Assembly (NCBI GenBank): GCA_001938485.1 | Contig: MQRK01231964.1 | Span: 1-60,715, forward strand | Reading direction: 5' to 3' | Source: Girardia tigrina | Taxonomy: Eukaryota | Length of the DNA: 60,715 bases | Part shown: positions 1-13,937 of the stretch, piece by piece | Position numbering within the stretch: position 1 is the first letter of the stretch | Layout: every line of letters starts with the position of its first letter | Notes under the pieces: generated by a model | Databases searched by the model: none | The model's input: the letters and a program-made list of their open reading frames with translations, nothing else | What the model was told of the DNA's origin: nothing | Translations under genes and position numbers: made by a program

Positions 1-255
1 CTACTTGATATCAAAACTCCGTATGACGAGACTGAAAACCTCAAATCTGCAAGAGAACTCAATGAAACCAAGTATGATCCCCTGGAAAAAGAAGCTAAAG
101 CCAAATACCCAGGATGGAAAATTAAACTTGGGACCATTGTCGTAGGATGTCTCGGATCCTGGCCGGAGAAGAACAACGAGGTACTAGTGGATTTGAAGTT
201 ATCCGAAACCGCAATCAATAGTCTCAGGAGAAGATGTGTAATCTCCAACATCAAA
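1..255 (+). mobile_element. C-terminal restriction-like endonuclease (RLE) region of a non-LTR retrotransposon (R2/NeSL-type group), partial
   Basis: Frame 1 reads LLDIKTPYDETENLKSARELNETKYDPL...TIVVGCLGSWPEKNNEVL, matching the D..p.e...K..KY / vvG.lGsW RLE pattern. A hairpin-rich probable 3' UTR follows the gap (333-415). Confidence 0.8.
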
Positions 256-1639
256 NNNNNNNNNNNNNNNNNNNNNNNNNNNNNNNNNNNNNNNNNNNNN
301 NNNNNNNNNNNNNNNNNNNNNNNNNNNNNNNNCCTGGAACGAATTCAATCACTGGACGTTTAAAAGACGCTGTAGTCTAAAACGGCCCTTTCTCTGTGGT
401 CATCTGTGACCCTAATTTTCTAATTGTTTTATGATAATAAAATTTTGTAAACACATTTGACCAATGCAAAACAATTGCACACCGACAAAATACATTTTGT
501 TTTGAATTCCTTCGTTCTTTCCAAGTTGTTCAAAAAATAATTGATTTTAACGTCAGAATATACACATTGTAAGGTAAAATCTATATAATAGGGATAAAAA
601 TAAGATAAATTTTATTTATTTTCGGCAAGTTTCCATATAGTGTACCTGCTTGGTACATTTTGTGAATGTTTTTTTAAATTTTGCGAACATGTTAAAATTA
701 ATAAGAAGATTTCGGAAAATAATTTTTAAATATTTTAGTAAGAAATTGTTATTTAAATTTGTTCGAATAATTAGAGATTTAGAAATAGAATTGAAATTTC
801 TCAATCAAGCAATCTTGCAGAGACTTGCAGTTACTTATTTATTGTTATTTTATACTACCAAAAGAGCGAATTTATAGCATCATCGTCATCATTTAACTAA
901 ACAATTCACAATCTTTCATTCTATTCTATTCTCTTATTATTTGTTTGTTTTAATGTGATTAACCACTTTGAGCATCTTCACTCAAATGAAGTCTCATTAA
1001 TAAAATAACAAATAATTATTCAGTCTAAAGTTATTATTTATTCAATTAAATTTTCTTCAATAAACTTTATTAATATAAATAATAAATATTTTCCGTGTTT
1101 GTTTAAATTAATCAAATTTCTTCATAAATTAATTTTATTTATTTTTTGTCAGGAATGAAATATTTTTCCCGAAATCTTTTGCCTAAATAATAATTTATAT
1201 TTACTTATTAAATTTTCAGAAATTAACGAAAATATTTTCACAATGTAAATTGTAATTTATCGATTTTCTTAAATCCACTTAAAGCGTCAAGAAATTCAAG
1301 AGGAAAAAATTTAAAATATTTTTGAACCAATTTAAACAAAAAAAAACAAAAAAATAATCAGATTAAAATTATTTAATAAAACACGTCTCCATGAACGCAT
1401 ATTAAAATACTTAAAAAATTTGCAATGCCACATCAAAACAACTAGCGAACATTAATATTAAATGTGAGCGCTCTGTGATGGTCTGCCGGTTCAACAAAAT
1501 ACATTTTTTCTTTTATATTATTTTATATATGTAGATGTACTAATGTAGAACTACTTATATTTATTTTTTCTTTTTGTGTCATTTCCAAATGGAAGATCAT
1601 GCTATTAATGAACAATTACAAATGGTTAATAATATTGAA

Positions 1640-1925
1640 AACAAAACTCCTCCATTAAAAAATATATTAGAGACAATATATTTCGACGGATCAACAGTCA
1701 TCTTCAGATCACTAATTAATAATCAATTCACCTGTATATAAATACAAAAATGATGATTATGTAATCGATTGCATGAAATCATGCTAATCAAAAATTCTCA
1801 ATAAGCTGGTTGAGACGGCCGATTGAACATTGATTTTAGGGCTATGTGACCTTATTAACAATGCTTCACACGACACTCTCTCCCAATAACTGTTAAAATG
1901 CTTACACAGAATTTTGAAATTATCT
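1640..1925 (-). mobile_element. Penelope-like element 3' fragment (end of GIY-YIG domain plus 3' UTR)
   Basis: The - strand reads HFNSYWERVSCEALLIRSHSPKINVQ, homologous to the 59660-59843 copy, and is followed by a hammerhead motif. Confidence 0.8.
1672..1710 (-). ncRNA. Minimal type I hammerhead ribozyme motif (PLE-associated)
   Basis: GAT CTGAAGA T GAC TGTTGATCC GTC GAAA TATA TT GTC. Confidence 0.7.
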
Positions 1926-2153
1926 GTGTGTCATGTCCAAATATCTTATCTTTTATTCTGAGATAAAGATACTTAAAATACCATATTCATTTCTTGAAAA
2001 AGTTTGATAAGTTAATTGAACAACATTATAATACTTTCATAAATTATAATATTCATTTCAAATTTTACCATTTACAATTAATACACCTTTTAAAATGATA
2101 TTATTTAATTAAAACAATTGAAATATTCGTATATTCAGATAATAAATTGCAAA

Positions 2154-2196
2154 TATTGCTGATGATGATGTATGTAACATCGAAACATGTTCAATA
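2154..2196 (+). ncRNA. Minimal type I hammerhead ribozyme motif in a Penelope 3' tail
   Basis: TATTG CTGATGA T GATGT ATGTA ACATC GAAA CATG TT CAATA. Stem I is 5 bp, stem II is 5 bp, and the stem III region is the palindrome ACATGT. Confidence 0.8.
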
Positions 2197-2214
2197 ATTG
2201 TATAAAAGAAGCTT

Positions 2215-2553
2215 CAGTAAAACCTCTCTATAAAGTTCCCTCTTTATAAGATGCAATTCTCTATAAGGAACAATATTTTTTTAATTTATATATACATTAA
2301 ATATATATACATTAAATATACATAATTAAAAAAACAATAAAAAAAATAATATAAACTACTTATAATTTATAAGTAGATATCTTACAATTAATATTGTTCG
2401 GGAACTCCGATTTTTTTGTTCTTTAATTATAATGTAATGAAATGACCTTCCCAGTAACTGGAAAGCTGATTAAAGCAACATCGTTGAAATATTCTAGTTA
2501 TAGAGAGGTAGTTTTCTCGATCCCAAATAACTCCTTATAGAGAGGTTTTACTG
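2215..2553. mobile_element. pogo/Tigger-type MITE with an internal DINE/Helentron-like fragment
   Basis: TIRs CAGTAAAACCTCTCTATAA / TTATAGAGAGGTTTTACTG followed by TA. Internal 2330-2415 matches the repeat at 25000-25110. Confidence 0.8.
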
Positions 2554-3949
2554 TATAATAAAATTATATATTCTATATATATATATAAATATATATATAA
2601 TTGAGCCTTAGGAACCCTAATTTGATATTTTTGAAAAACATTCTTTTAAAGCTTTTCTATAAAATTGACTATTATAATAAATTTCTTAAAAATGCTTTAA
2701 CAAAATTATTTTTCAAATATATTTATATAAATAATATTTTATTTTTTATATATATTTATAGCTAGTTTTATAATTCCTATGTATTTTCTATGTACTTTTT
2801 GAAGTTAAAGTAGTTGTAGAAATTGTGCGTCATTTATTCATCGCATTTTTGGTTTGGTGATCCATTGCGCATTGGGTTAAGCCATGCTTGATAAAAACAG
2901 AGTTCTGACTGATGGTCGTGATGGATAAAAGTTCAGCTATTGTATCTGATTCTCAAAAATGATTCGCAAATCGACCAAAGGAAGAATTGCAAAATTAACT
3001 TTAAATATTTTAAATTTTAATTTTTATAAAATAAAACCATAAAAAGATTTGGAATGTCTTTTAATAAGACTAACTTTATGGAGCCTCTTTAAAGACAGCC
3101 ACAGTAAAAAAACCTTCATCAATACCTTCATAAAAGTACATAAATATAAGTGTCTCAATCACATTTTTATTTGTTTATAGCCAACCAAAAACAACAATTT
3201 GAAGTATAAGAAAAAGAACGTCTTGCAAGAATACTTCAAGTAATTAAAGTTGAGCTTCACTAACTTCTTTAATATCCTTCCAAACTAAGTCAGCATTTAA
3301 AAGTAAAGACTAAACCCTAAACTAAAGCGTCTTCTTTGGAGTCAGAAGCAAATGTTCAAGACGGTGTCGAAAGGTCAAAGTAGTACATATTTAAATAAAT
3401 ATACGTTATTACTAATTATTTTTATATTTAAATTTATTTGTATATATTATTTTACTTAATAAATATAAATAAATATAATATGATGGTATATTATATAATA
3501 TTTAATATGTTGAAGTAAATACATTTCTTTAAAAAAATTAGTTTTTCCCGGTCCACTTTTTTTGCTTATCTTATAGGATTCTCGATGAAGATCATGAAGA
3601 TGAACCCTCGTGGCAAATTTTTGAAAATCTAAAATTTTTTAAATGTAACCTATACATCTTTCCAGGAGTGTAATTTATGTATATTACACAGTGTAAAATT
3701 GGAAGCATCAAGTCGTCAATGAGCTGTTTTAGGGTGATTTATGTACTAAGTTAGAAAGACACAAATAGTACATTCCTTAACAGCAAGCGCAATGGGGTAG
3801 GACAAATGGTCCTGAGTGTCATTTTGGTTGTTAAAGTAAGACAAATATTGATGTATCAAATACTCAATTAATAAAACATTCCAGATATTGGTTTTTCGTT
3901 TGCAAAAAATTTATTGTGCGTCACGGTATGAAAACTGAGATGTCATATG

Positions 3950-3953
<4 letters not shown>

Positions 3954-4000
<47 letters not shown>

Positions 4001-4070
4001 NNNNNNNNNNNNNNNNNNNNNNNNNNNNNNNNNNNNNNNNNNNNNNNNNNATATATATATATATATATAT
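3954..4070. repeat. (TA)n microsatellite spanning a gap
   Basis: Direct reading. Further (TA)n runs occur at about 30667-30706, 39726-39763 and 43380-43411. Confidence 0.95.
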
Positions 4071-6497
4071 GCGCTAAAAATAAGACGACGCTTTACTAGA
4101 TAACAATCTCATCATTAGGTCAATCCACAACATGTACTCAACTATAACACTATATGGTAACAAAAAAAAATTGATGATGAGATTATCCTCTTAAACGCAT
4201 CGACTTTTTCTCCTTGGTATATATATATATATATATAGTATTAAAAGTCAAAATCGATTAGCTTTTAGTTAATCTAAAATAAAAGAAACATATAAATAAT
4301 CATAATACAAAGAGATGCATAATTTAAAAAGCGCGTTATAAATGACGTCAATTATTTAAACAAAATCAGAACAATATATATATATATATAAGGTGTTTTT
4401 TCCGGGACAACGTAACTACCAAGTTAGCGCTATTTTGGATAATGGTCAGATAACAACTCATACGGCTAGGTGTTGGGAATCGGACAGTTTATCATATTTT
4501 ATCATCACTAGAAACTTGTGAAGCCCGGAAAAATTTGGGAAAGTAAAATCCTGAACTCTAAGGTGCTTCCTAAGAACATGTAATTTTCTTCGACAAAAAT
4601 GGGAATCTTTAGTTTATTTTGGAATTTTTAATTTTTGTTTAAACAAAATTACCTAAGGAGTAAGGATACAAAGAACCATATGTAATTGCTATACCCCTGT
4701 AATGATGCATTTATTTGGTATTCATAGAGGTTTTATTTTTTCCTATAATTTGTATTTTGGAAATAAATTGACATACTTAAATAATATATTTTTATTCTTG
4801 TTATAATAATCATGGTTGTGATATAAAAGATTCCGATTATTTCCGTTTCAAAATATTAATAGGTCGACGGGCTTAGTCAAGACCTCCTAGAAAAATTGAG
4901 TACTTCAAGCAAATTTACTTCAATAGTTTATTTATGAGTCAAATAACTTTAATATATATTTAATTTTTTTAGTGGTAAAAGTGACGATAATACTCAGTGT
5001 CACTTTAGAATAACATATTTGTAGCTTAAAAGTAAGCATAAAAAGGTCAGTGAGCTTTTGAAGAATGCAGAATCATCAGTTAAAAAACGATAATCAAAAG
5101 CAGACAGTGAAAGAATAGGTACAATGACATAACGACCGTGAACAATTGTTACCTAGCAGTAACAGCAGCAGTCGTGAGGAACCATTTTGTAAACAAACGA
5201 AGCATAACTGATAACTCTTCAATACATTGAATATAAAAGTATAAACAGTGAGTTATACATAGTTATATACATAATTAGGTTTTTGAACGGAGCCTTACAA
5301 AAAATTATTTAGTTTGGTATATTTATTAATATTTTTAATGTAAAATGTTGTATCTATACTACTGACCACTTGTTTTCCTAAATATATTTCTTTGAATATA
5401 TTTAAATATATATTTAAAATAAATAAATATATTTAAAAAACCGACACCAGTAATGGAAGCAAGTCTTCAGAAAATCTGTCTTAAACGTAAAAACATCATA
5501 AACATTTTATAAATAAATTATAAAACTAAAAACAAAAATAAACTAAACATAATAATTAGGGCGGCAAACGATTATTTCGGCAAACGAAATTTTATGTTAA
5601 TAGTTAACTTTTGAAAAAGCAACGATTAATTAATAGTTAATTTTGATTAAGCCCCAAATACTTTTTTTGAATATGTTATGTTTCAATTAGAAATATAAAT
5701 TATGGTCAAACAATTATTCATCACGAAAATTCAAAATACAAATTTTTCTTCATGGTCAGAGAAAAACATTTCCAAATACAAAATTCAAAATAGCACTCTC
5801 AACGTACATATTTAAAATATTCCCGGTACAAATTCCCGGTTGTCAGATAATATTGAGTCCTTCGAAAATATCTCGCGATTGAAGTTCACCAAGACACCCA
5901 CCAAGACTGGTGGAGAATTGGACTTTCGTTTTTTATTTATGTTTAGTTTTTATTTAGTTGGTGAAATTATATTTCGTTTCATATTCGAATTATTTGTTAA
6001 TGAATAGTTTTTATTCGATAGTTTTAAATAAGCAATTATTTTTTACTAAGTTTTTTCCAAAACACAAATCAATTCGACAACACCTTATTAAGTTCTCTAA
6101 AAATCAAATTAATCTGATATTTCTTTTTGTCAGGCACTAAAAAAAACAAATTTCTTTTAACAAACACAATTCCAATTTTTACAATTTCTCCGTCCATCAA
6201 AATCTCACAAACCATTATTTCATACTATAGTGACCACTAATTAATACAAACTCGTTTTCTCGTGGAATTACACATTCACAAATAATTTAAACCGTCTTCA
6301 TTCATTTCACACATAAAAAATGATCATTCAATAAATTTCATAATTAATAATTTTTATCATTAATTAATTTTTTTTAACAATTAAGAAAATAAATGTTAAA
6401 AAATACTCGAATCAAAAAGGAAAAAATGAGACGAAAAAAGTGAACAAATTAAATTTGTAAATAAAAGAAAATCTCGAACAAAAAGAATATTGTTTAA

Positions 6498-8872
6498 AAG
6501 TTGTCCTATGTCCCATTGAAAACTTATATCTTGTGTGTACAATGGTCCTGAACTGGAATTCTCACCAATCTTCGTGACTTATTTTTTCTCTGAGTACTAT
6601 TTCAAACAGAAAAAACTCTGGAAAAAAATGAAGAATAATTCTTGTACATCCAAATAAGTGTCTATCTATGTTATGGGTATGACATACCCATCTATTCAGA
6701 ATGGTCTTTAATTAGCGAAATGAAAACGATAAATGCACAAAAACTAATTTTGTTCGTAATTTCTCATACTCAATTGTCCTTGACATTATCAGAAAGTCAC
6801 ACGCACACATATATATTGACACACACACACACAGGAGAAGAGTTTATAAGTCATGAGTACAGGTTTTGCGGATGTCTGCTCGGTGATCCACGCATCGGGG
6901 CTTTTTGCAGATAGGATATCCCCATGAAGTTTTTCTATCTTTTTCTGTCGGACAGAAGGCGCATCGCTTGTTTTTTTGCAATTTGAGGGGCTCCAATTCT
7001 TCATTCACAATTGAATTCACTTCATAGCCCAAGAGCTCCATGGTGTCTTTTATCTTAAAATTTAATTTCTCTGACTGAATAGGACGCTTGATTTGATTAT
7101 CCGCGAGCTGTTAAGCTGCCTTTTTCAAGAAATCATAATGAGACTCATGCTGTCTGACTGCACTGTGGCATCCTTGATTGTAGATAATGCAGCCATTATT
7201 GGTTGAAATGTTGATGAGGTTGAAAAATATGGCATACGGCCGATGTCGACATTTTCGTTTGCATGAAAACCCCTTGATTTTTTTTGAAAGTGTCAACACC
7301 TGACTTGGTGCGATTGTACAGTAAAACCGTGGTTGGCTTTTAATTGACAGAAGGAATGGGCACAACGCGATGTAAAGTATCAATCAGTAAAACCAGCTTC
7401 GTTCCCTTATCCAAAAAAGATACAAGCACTGCTCTGCTACCATCGTAATAAACCTGGGTATCCTTTCGGGTTCTTTCCTTCGTTGACCGCACATCTGGTG
7501 GCACTCCGCGATTGTTATGGCGTATTGTTCCAATATACGATATTCCTTGTTGTTTCAATTCATGAGCCAATTCGAATCATAAAAACCAACTGTTACCTAA
7601 GTAAAAGAAAAGTGAAATATAATCATGTATAAATTTAAAATTATTACATGACTTACCTGTGAGGTGACGTCCCGTGTTGAGATAAAGCTTGATGAGATGA
7701 AGGGTCTTGGATTTTGCTGTGACATTTTGATTTGACAGGACAACTATTAACCTTTGTCAACATAAATGTTTGAATTCAGAGCATAGAAAGTCTCGGCATC
7801 ACAAAGCCACAACAGTTTGATGCCGAACTTCCCAGGCTTCGTCCCAATATACAGTTGAAACTGATTTGGGCCATTGAATTCAAGCAGTTGTTTATCTACA
7901 GTACGATATTCACTAGGAACATATACGTCTCGTAGCTTTCTGTTGAAAACTTCAGTAATACTTCTAAAAGGAGCCAAGCTATCTTGTTTATCTCTCCGTA
8001 ATGATCATCAAAACGAAGCATTGATTTTATTTGCAGAAAACGTTCCATCGTCATGGTTGCTCTACATATTGGAAATCCATCTCGAGCAGACCATAATTCC
8101 AAAACATCGTTTTATATTGTACGAAATGCTCCCATAATAATTAGGTGACCAATAAATGCTACATTTCATCCCTGTCGTCCATTTTCCATTTCTTCTTACA
8201 ACTGGGATGGCTGTTGTTCCATTTCTGAATACGTCTGCTAATAATAAAAATTTTTTGAGAGTTTTTAATATAATATAAAAAGTAAAATGTATAATTTTTA
8301 TGTGGAACGATTTAAAAAAATTAATAAAATTAAATGAAACGATTAAATATTCTAAAATGTTATCATAATTTAAAATTGATTAATAAAAGTAATGAAAAAA
8401 TCAAATATGAATACTTATAAGTATTTTTATTTATATCGTTTTAAGATTTATAAAACAAATTGTTTCTCAAAAAAATAATAAGTTTGTTTAAATATTAGAT
8501 TTAAACATTTTTTTGTGTGGTATAATAAAAGTTTTGATGTCAGAAATATCTCATAGTAATAATTCCGACGATGTTCCTAGAACCTCTAATAATACAAAAA
8601 CTGAAAATGTTTTTACACCACTCAATTCTAAATTGTTTATCTTTGAACACATATTTGGAATCTATACCAAACATCGTGCTCGTACCTTATTGTCAATTTT
8701 TTAGTCATGTTTCGTTGTCGAAATAAATTTACCTTACTTAATCACTTCTATGATAAATAAAGTACGTATCAAACAAATTAAATAGAATCATTACCTGTGT
8801 GGGTAATATCCACTGAGTATGCCATACCCATAACAAAGACAACGCCTGATTTATTTTCACATAGGACAACCG
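6498..8872 (-). mobile_element. piggyBac DNA transposon, decayed
   Basis: TTAA on both sides, TIRs (AA/CG)GTTGTCCTATGT, and subterminal inverted repeat TGTTATGGGTATG / CATACCCATAACA. Confidence 0.85.
6844..8240 (-). pseudogene. piggyBac transposase pseudogene with a spliceosomal intron at 7597-7656
   Basis: Motifs TMTMERFLQIKSMLRFDD, TVDKQL, KPGKFGIK, YIGTIR and the C-terminal CRD KRCAFC..CKKPRC..H. Multiple frameshifts. Confidence 0.9.
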
Positions 8873-10848
8873 TTAAATAATCATAATACAATTTTGCGTT
8901 GATTTAAATATGCTATAATTTTCTCCGATAATATGAAAAAATGTGATTTTAAAATGCTGATCTAACATGGATTACATCGATTTCTATATTAGACAGAAAA
9001 TACGATGGAACAATTTAAATCGCCATTTCATTTGGCGCTAATTTTACAATATCTTCTGATTATATTGAACAGTTCTGGAATATTATATCTGAATCTAAAG
9101 TTTATTCTTCGTAAATTAGAAGTTACTTAAGAAGCAACATATCACTCTTTGAAAATTGCAAAAGAAAATTATAGATTTATCATATTAAATCAAGTTCTTA
9201 TTACTGATTCAGATTCAACCGGTATGCATCTTTTTTCCGAATAAAGTATAAGCTGCAGCAATGACCAATATCATTTTCAATATCATACGATGCTCTTAAT
9301 GGAGTCGTTTATGGGGGTAGTAAAAGAAAATAGATTTATCACGAACCTTTGGTTAATGCTAGTGATCCAATTGTCTATATCTGAGACGAATATCTCGAAA
9401 CTATTCAAAACTCAAACAGAACAATGATCTAGGTATAAATTTTACTCTGAGAGTCTTTCTGTTCTCCCTACATGTTATGACCGGGTGCATTTTCATGATT
9501 TATTTCAGTCTTATTTCAGAGTTGTTATTACTTTTATCGTTATTGTTTGTTATCGGTTGATTCAATGTTTGCCAATTATGATTTCTATTTATTTCTTGTA
9601 TATTCTTGTATTGTAGGTTAAAAGCGATAATTTTGATCTTCTTTTGTGTCATTTTTATAATGTATTTCTTCAATACATCAATTGTTTTTTGTATTTTGAA
9701 AGGTTTGAAAATACTTACTTAAGTAATATCTATTGTTACTATACAAATCTTATGTTTTATTGTTTAAAGTTGCTATAAATTGAAATGAATAATCATGACT
9801 TTAAAGTCGTTTAAATTTACGAAATGAAGCTGGACCATACCTTTGGTGCAAACATTTACAAACTTAAAAATTAAGAAAAGATTAATTAGATTTGAATTTA
9901 AAACTATGTTTAAAACCTATTTGCACTTAATTTTTTTTCATTATAAAGGTTCGGAATTAACTCACAATGCGTCGATATTCATACTTTTAATCAACCACAT
10001 TTTATCTCATTATTTTTACCAATTAACATTCTCTGAGTATTTACCTATTGTGAATGTATAAACAATATCTATGGAACGATTAGTAACCCACCGGCATAAT
10101 TGCAATCTGGTTTATCGATGAAAATGACCGCTCAAAAAATGTGACTTGTCTTTAGGTGAATTTTAAATTGCGTATTGTAGGATTAACACAAATTCAATAC
10201 CTCTCATTAGAAGGATTTCGTATTTATTTTGTGAAGTAAAACCAATTAATGTCATTTAATAATATAATTTTAATAATGGAATCCCTTTTTTGTTATTTTC
10301 CCGTTATAGTATACAGCTTGAAGTACCTACCTCATTTCCTCAGTTCAAATAAATAAGAGCCTCGAATTTTCAAGAATATTTTTGGAGAAAGACAACATTA
10401 CCCTCTCCTTTAATTCCTATAAAAAATAATGTAATGTTAATATTTTGTATTATTTTTTATACCTAATAATTTTTGTAACTTTGATGAACATTTTAAATGT
10501 TGAAAGCTTTACGTAGCACTTCCATTGACCATAAGGCTATTTGAAATGTCATGTTGATATGAACTTTTCAATTATTATTTAATGTTACATAAAGGTTTTA
10601 TTAACTTTGTGAATAATGACTGATTCCTATTGAGTTTCAGAAATTTATTTACCATTATTTTTCGATTAGATCAGAACTTATCAAATCTTATAATTATTCT
10701 TCGTACCACTAAGATCACTTTCTTTAAATCTTTCAGTGTGTTTGTATTATCAATCTTTGTAGATTATTATTGAATTTACACAAGACTAGTACTTCATTAT
10801 ATCATATATTGCATGTTCATATGTTCGATACCATAAATACCTTGGCTA

Positions 10849-13463
10849 CAGTCTTCCCCCGAATATAGTACGCGCGCACTTTATTCGAATAGAACACGCA
10901 TGCGTATTTTATTCGAATAGAACGCGCGCGTACTATATTCGATTTGTACTGTGTAAATATAATTTCAAATGCACATTGTACGTGAAGTAAACTTTTCAAA
11001 CTATTCTTTCTTAAATTATAATTCACAGTCTTTGTTAGGAATTTATATATATATAAATTTTTTGAGTTGACTGGTTTCTTCAAAGTTTTTATGATANNNN
11101 NNNNNNNNNNNNNNNNNNNNNNNNNNNNNNNNNNNNNNNNNNNNNNNNNNNNNNNNNNNNNNNNNNNNNNNNNNNNNNNNNNNNNNNNNAATTTGAACAG
11201 CTATAAAATGAATATCGAATCAATAATTTCAAGTAGAAAGAATTATACCATCAAGCAAAAGCTTGATATCTTAAATGAAATAAAAACAGGTGAGCCTGGA
11301 AAAAGTTGCAGTGCTATTGCTAAATTACATGGAATTAACGAATCGGTGTTGCGCGGTTGGAAGAATAAAAAGGACAGTTTTCTTGAAGCGGTAAGTAATC
11401 TAAATACTTGTACTCGTAAGAGCAGGAGATTAGCTGGTGGTGGAAGGCAGCTTGAATATGCAGAAATAGAAAATAAAGTTCTGCAATGGGTTTTGTTACA
11501 GAATGAGAAGGGAATCCGAGTAAAGGAAAAATATATTCAATTGAAAGCCCTTTCAGTTCGAAATGAGATTATAGCTCACAACGATAATGAGGAGTTGAAA
11601 AAATTTCAAGCATCACTCGGTTGGGTGGAACGTTTCAAGAAGCGAAACAATTTGATTTCACGACGTTTTACCACTCCGAAGAAGATTCCAGATAATGTAG
11701 ACGAAATTTGTAGAAGCTTCATTCAGAATTTTCACCACATTATTGCAAAACTGAATGTAAAGGCAGAAAATATTATTAATTTTGATCAAGTACAAGATAC
11801 TTCGAGTGTGAGCTCAAAACTACGATAACCACAAAAGGGACAAGAGAAGTTTTTTACGTAAATCGTCAACATCACACAAACGTTTGACTTTTACATACGC
11901 AATCACTGGTGCTGGAAAAGTTTTAAAACCCCATCTGCTTTTTTCCGGACTTGTTAATAAACCAAATGTAGTTAAGCAATTTTTAGTTGACGTAAATCGC
12001 ACAGGTATGTGGAACGAAACAATTTTAATAAATTTCATTGCTGATGCGATTATGACGAGAAGACAATCAGCTTTTGGTAGAGAACCTGTTCTCGTTTTGT
12101 GTGATTNTTATGGCACACATGTAAAGTTTGTTGAATTGGAAAAAGAGAAAAAGAAATATGCTAAACATAACATTCATTTCATGCTAATACCACCGAATAT
12201 GACCGGATTGCTGCAGCCTGAAGATGTGTCACATAATAGAAGTTTCCAGCAAAATTATTCTACAAATTATGATAAATATCTTGCGGATGCCTTAGAAGAT
12301 GATAATCCCAATTTGTGTACTAAGGCTGGAAATATCAAATCACCTAATTATTCTTTGGTTTCCAAGTGGATTCTAGAATGGATAGACTCCTTGTCTCATG
12401 AAACTGTACAGAAAGCTTTTAAAGTTTGTGGGCTGGNNNNNNNNNNNNNNNNNNNNNNNNNNNNNNNNNNNNNNNNNNNNNNNNNNNNNNNNNNNNNNNN
12501 NNNNNNNNNNNNNNNNNNNNNNNNNNNNNNNNNNNNNNNNNNNNNNNNNNNNNNNNNNNNNNNNNNNNNNNNNNNNNNNNNNNNNNNNNNNNCTGGCCTG
12601 TGAATAACCGTACGAGTTTTTTTCATTGTATTTGGAAGGCGATTAATGAAACAACGAAAGATTTCGAAAGTTGGCTTGCTGAATTTACAAGCAAAGTCTT
12701 AAAATTCATTGATGAAGATGCTAATTGTAAGCAATTGCTTGATGCTTCTGAAAAAACCGTTTTGCAAAATGGCGAATCTACTGGAACAAATTTGGAAATT
12801 TTTGCTGTTTCTATGTTAAATCAATGGAAAATTAAAGTTACCACCTTAGATGATGAAGCATGTGAAGTATCAAGTTTCATTTATGAAGTTGTTTCACCAG
12901 AAAAAACTATTCACATTGTTAAGCACAATGAGTATTACGGATTAGAATTATAAAATTAATTTATAATTTCTTATTTTTTATTATTATTTTTTACAAANNN
13001 NNNNNNNNNNNNNNNNNNNNNNNNNNNNNNNNNNNNNNNNNNNNNNNGAAAAAACTATTCACATTGTTAAGCACAATGAGTATTACGGATTAGAATTATA
13101 AAATTAATTTATAATTTCTTATTTTTTATTATTATTTTTTACAAATAAATTATAATTCTTTAATTTAATTTTTTTTATATATTACAGAATGAAATTAAGC
13201 TATGAAATAAAGCAATGTAATGTACAATTTTTGTTGATTTTTACTTATGTAGATATTTCAGAAAGACTTATATTATATTTAAAGGGTAATTTAAAAAAAA
13301 CTATAATGTTTTAAATTTTAAATATTTTCTAGACACTCGAATATAATACGCGCGTTATATTTGAGTGCGCATCTTATTTGAAAAAAACTATAATATTCCA
13401 AATTTTGGATATTTTCTAGAAACTCGAATATAATGCGCGCGTATTATATTCGGGGGAGGACTG
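10849..13463 (+). mobile_element. pogo-family DNA transposon, near full length
   Basis: TA TSD on both sides and TIRs CAGTCTTCCCCCGAATATA..CGCGCGCA / TGCGCGCG..TATATTCGGGGGAGGACTG, with subterminal repeats. Confidence 0.92.
11208..12953 (+). pseudogene. pogo transposase (HTH + CENP-B HTH + DDE_1) with a C-terminal OTU-like extension; one frameshift near 11791 and an N gap
   Basis: RKNYTIKQKL, FQASLGWVERFKKRNNL, NFDQV(P), LCDxYGTH, LLQPEDV, KAFKVCG. The open frame at 12594-12953 lies inside the TIRs. Confidence 0.85.
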
Positions 13464-13937
13464 TAGGCAAGTCGGAAGTACCTATGCATCTTATCTTTGG
13501 TATATCATTTCATAAAACAATATATTAACACGTTTTTTACAAATATCAGAGGGCAGTATGTAACCATTAAGGTGTGGTATCATGGTACATAGCAAAGACG
13601 TAATGTTCCCCCCTCATTGTATTTTTATAACAAAAATATCGTAAATTATTCGTATTTTTCTCCTTGTAACTTTAATAATTGATAAACATTATGCGAATCA
13701 AAATTAATCCCTGTTTTATTTTTTATAATTTATATTTCTTAAACTGGATTAGTGTTACTTTTTGCAAACAATATATTTTATGACAAGTTGCTTTATTATT
13801 ATTTATATTTTTAGGTTATGAAAGAACCATAAATACGCTCTCTATGTCTATAAAAATTATTTATTATCTGTGCATTGTTAACAAAAACATAAGAATTTCT
13901 TACAGTAATTGTTACGTGATCTCTACTTATTGTATTA

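Noticed and set aside
374-387. Reverse complement GCCGTTTTAGAC resembling a flatworm spliced-leader start
   Set aside because: Similarity does not extend and is explained by a local hairpin.
12898-13146. Exact ~100-bp direct repeat
   Set aside because: It flanks an N gap and is a scaffolding overlap artefact.
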